The translations under genes and the position numbers were made by a program. A stretch of DNA of 63,927 nucleotides, counting the filler, from Octopus bimaculoides (lineage: Eukaryota): assembly GCF_001194135.2 (NCBI RefSeq). It is 7 parts of 7 records of this genome, joined end to end, with 100 filler letters (N's around TTAATTAATTAA, not from the genome) between each part and the next. Parts side by side here need not be neighbours in the genome. Positions count along the whole stretch, not along the records: positions 59,973 to 62,548 come from NW_026353263.1; positions 62,649 to 63,927 come from NC_068983.1; 5 more parts are not named here. One strand, 5' to 3'. Under the pieces are notes generated by a model. The model did not search any database and was not told the DNA's origin. It was given only the letters and a program-made list of their open reading frames with translations. This document shows positions 62,223-63,927 of the stretch, piece after piece; position 1 is the first letter of the stretch, and the number at the start of each line of letters is the position of its first letter.

Positions 62223-62548
62223 TCAGGTGATCCCATAAGTTCTGTCTGATTTTACCTTTTTTAGAATTGAATAAAATTCAATAGTATTTTAGAATGTCTA
62301 ATGGAATTAAAAATGATTTTTATGCATTTGTGTACATTTAAACTAATTAGATATTATTTTACAGAATAATAGAATTAAAATTTCTTTGAATTTCTTTGAT
62401 TAAAACCCTTTTTAACATGGAAGTATCCAAAGAGCATTTAAGGCACATAATGCTTTATGAGTACAAAAAAGGAAACTCTGCAGCCGAAGCGACTCGAAAC
62501 ATACACTCAGTTTATGGGAAAGAATGTTTGAATGAAAGAATTTGCAGG
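62223..62548 (+). mobile_element. Mariner 5' end, truncated by a scaffold join
   Basis: TA-TCAGGTGATCCCATAAG terminus; MEVSKEHLRHIMLYEYKKGNSAAEATRNIHSVYG. Confidence 0.8.
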
Positions 62549-63346
62549 NNNNNNNNNNNNNNNNNNNNNNNNNNNNNNNNNNNNNNNNNNNNTTAATTAA
62601 TTAANNNNNNNNNNNNNNNNNNNNNNNNNNNNNNNNNNNNNNNNNNNNTGTGTGTGTGTGTGTACACATATGTATATATGTATATGTTTATATATATGCA
62701 TATACATATACATATGCAAATATATATATAAGCTTATATATATGTGTGTGTGTATATATATATATGAATATGTATATATATGTATATATATATTTATATA
62801 TATGTATATGCATATATACATGTACATATATATATATATATATAAATGTATATATATATACATGTTTATATGAATACACAAATAGATACACACACACATA
62901 TATATTTGTGTATATATATGTGTGTATATGTATATATACGTACATACATATATATCTTTGATTGTGCACTTGTACACACACTCACTCTCACACACACACA
63001 CACACATACATACACATATATATGTGAGAGAGTGTGCAAGTGCTTGTGTGCGTTTGTAAGTGTGCGTGTAAGTAAATGTCCAATTTTATTCCATCTAGAG
63101 TCAGAACAAGGCAATTAAGATGCTGAGCTGATATCATAAAAGCCAAGTACTAATCGGGGCTAGAAATAGAAGCACGTTCCACTTATGTTCGTAATCTCTG
63201 AAGCCAAGAGTTTTAGGATTGATTTTCAAGTGAAAGAAGAAAAGAAATTCGTTTGGAGAAATTCAACAGAAACGCTGTCTTCTATAGTAACGAAAGAATT
63301 TCCATATTATTTGAAGCATTTGCAAGGATTAAGGATNNNNNNNNNN

Positions 63347-63377
<31 letters not shown>

Positions 63378-63496
63378 TATAGATATATGCTTATATACAA
63401 CACCACTTATATTTACATACGAACCACAGTATTCACCATTTGCTCAAACGCACTAATTCACAAAACCGTGCACAGTATCTTGCATGTGTGCAAGTA

Positions 63497-63503
<7 letters not shown>

Positions 63504-63555
<52 letters not shown>

Positions 63556-63568
63556 TTATCTATCTATC
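63504..63568. repeat. (TATC)n microsatellite; flanking 62.6-63.9 kb is largely compound AT/AC repeats
   Basis: Direct reading of the sequence. Confidence 0.9.
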
Positions 63569-63714
63569 ACGCACACACAGACACACACACGCAAACACTC
63601 ACGCAGACATACACACGCACCTATTTACGTATACACACATATATACATAAAACGACTCACAAACACATGCACATAAATGCACATGTATACCTCCATATGT
63701 AAGGAAGTATTTTG

Positions 63715-63761
<47 letters not shown>

Positions 63762-63927
63762 ATGAGTGTGGGTGCGTGAGTGTACGCCTTTATTAATGTG
63801 TGTGCCCCTGCAAATTTTTATACACACGCATATACATATTACTTATACACCCTCCATACGCAAACACACACACATATATATTCACATATATATACACGAT
63901 GCCTATATATGTATACAAATATATATA

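Overview
Eukaryotic, AT-rich, gap-riddled draft-assembly window with no recognisable intact host gene. The dense (AT)n/(AC)n/(GA)n microsatellites and the SINE families suggest a cephalopod, probably Octopus (inference, not verified). Most of the sequence is decayed, often nested transposons. DNA transposons: two DD37D/maT, four mariners (one verified DD34D), one Tc1 with DD36E (Incomer-type) spacing, one Chapaev3-like (CMC), one internally deleted hAT and two foldback/MITE elements. LTR elements: two two-LTR Ty3/Gypsy elements, a solo LTR and a Gypsy pol remnant. Non-LTR and Penelope-type: at least five Penelope-like elements (several with hammerhead-like motifs and inverted ends), RTE fragments, many SINEs and an L1/Tx1-type LINE. 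Best leads: (1) the LINE at ~37.6-43.3 kb carries two diverged, tandem ORF1 paralogues ahead of ORF2; (2) a Penelope-like element at 15.6-18.0 kb has ~96%-identical 193-bp inverted ends, each holding a minimal hammerhead ribozyme with a palindromic stem III; (3) the DD36E Tc1 in a putative mollusc; (4) a three-level nest confirmed by target-site duplications (PLE <- Gypsy <- solo LTR). Six N44-TTAATTAATTAA-N44 blocks are artificial scaffold joins, so adjacency across them is unproven. All translations and identities were done by eye.
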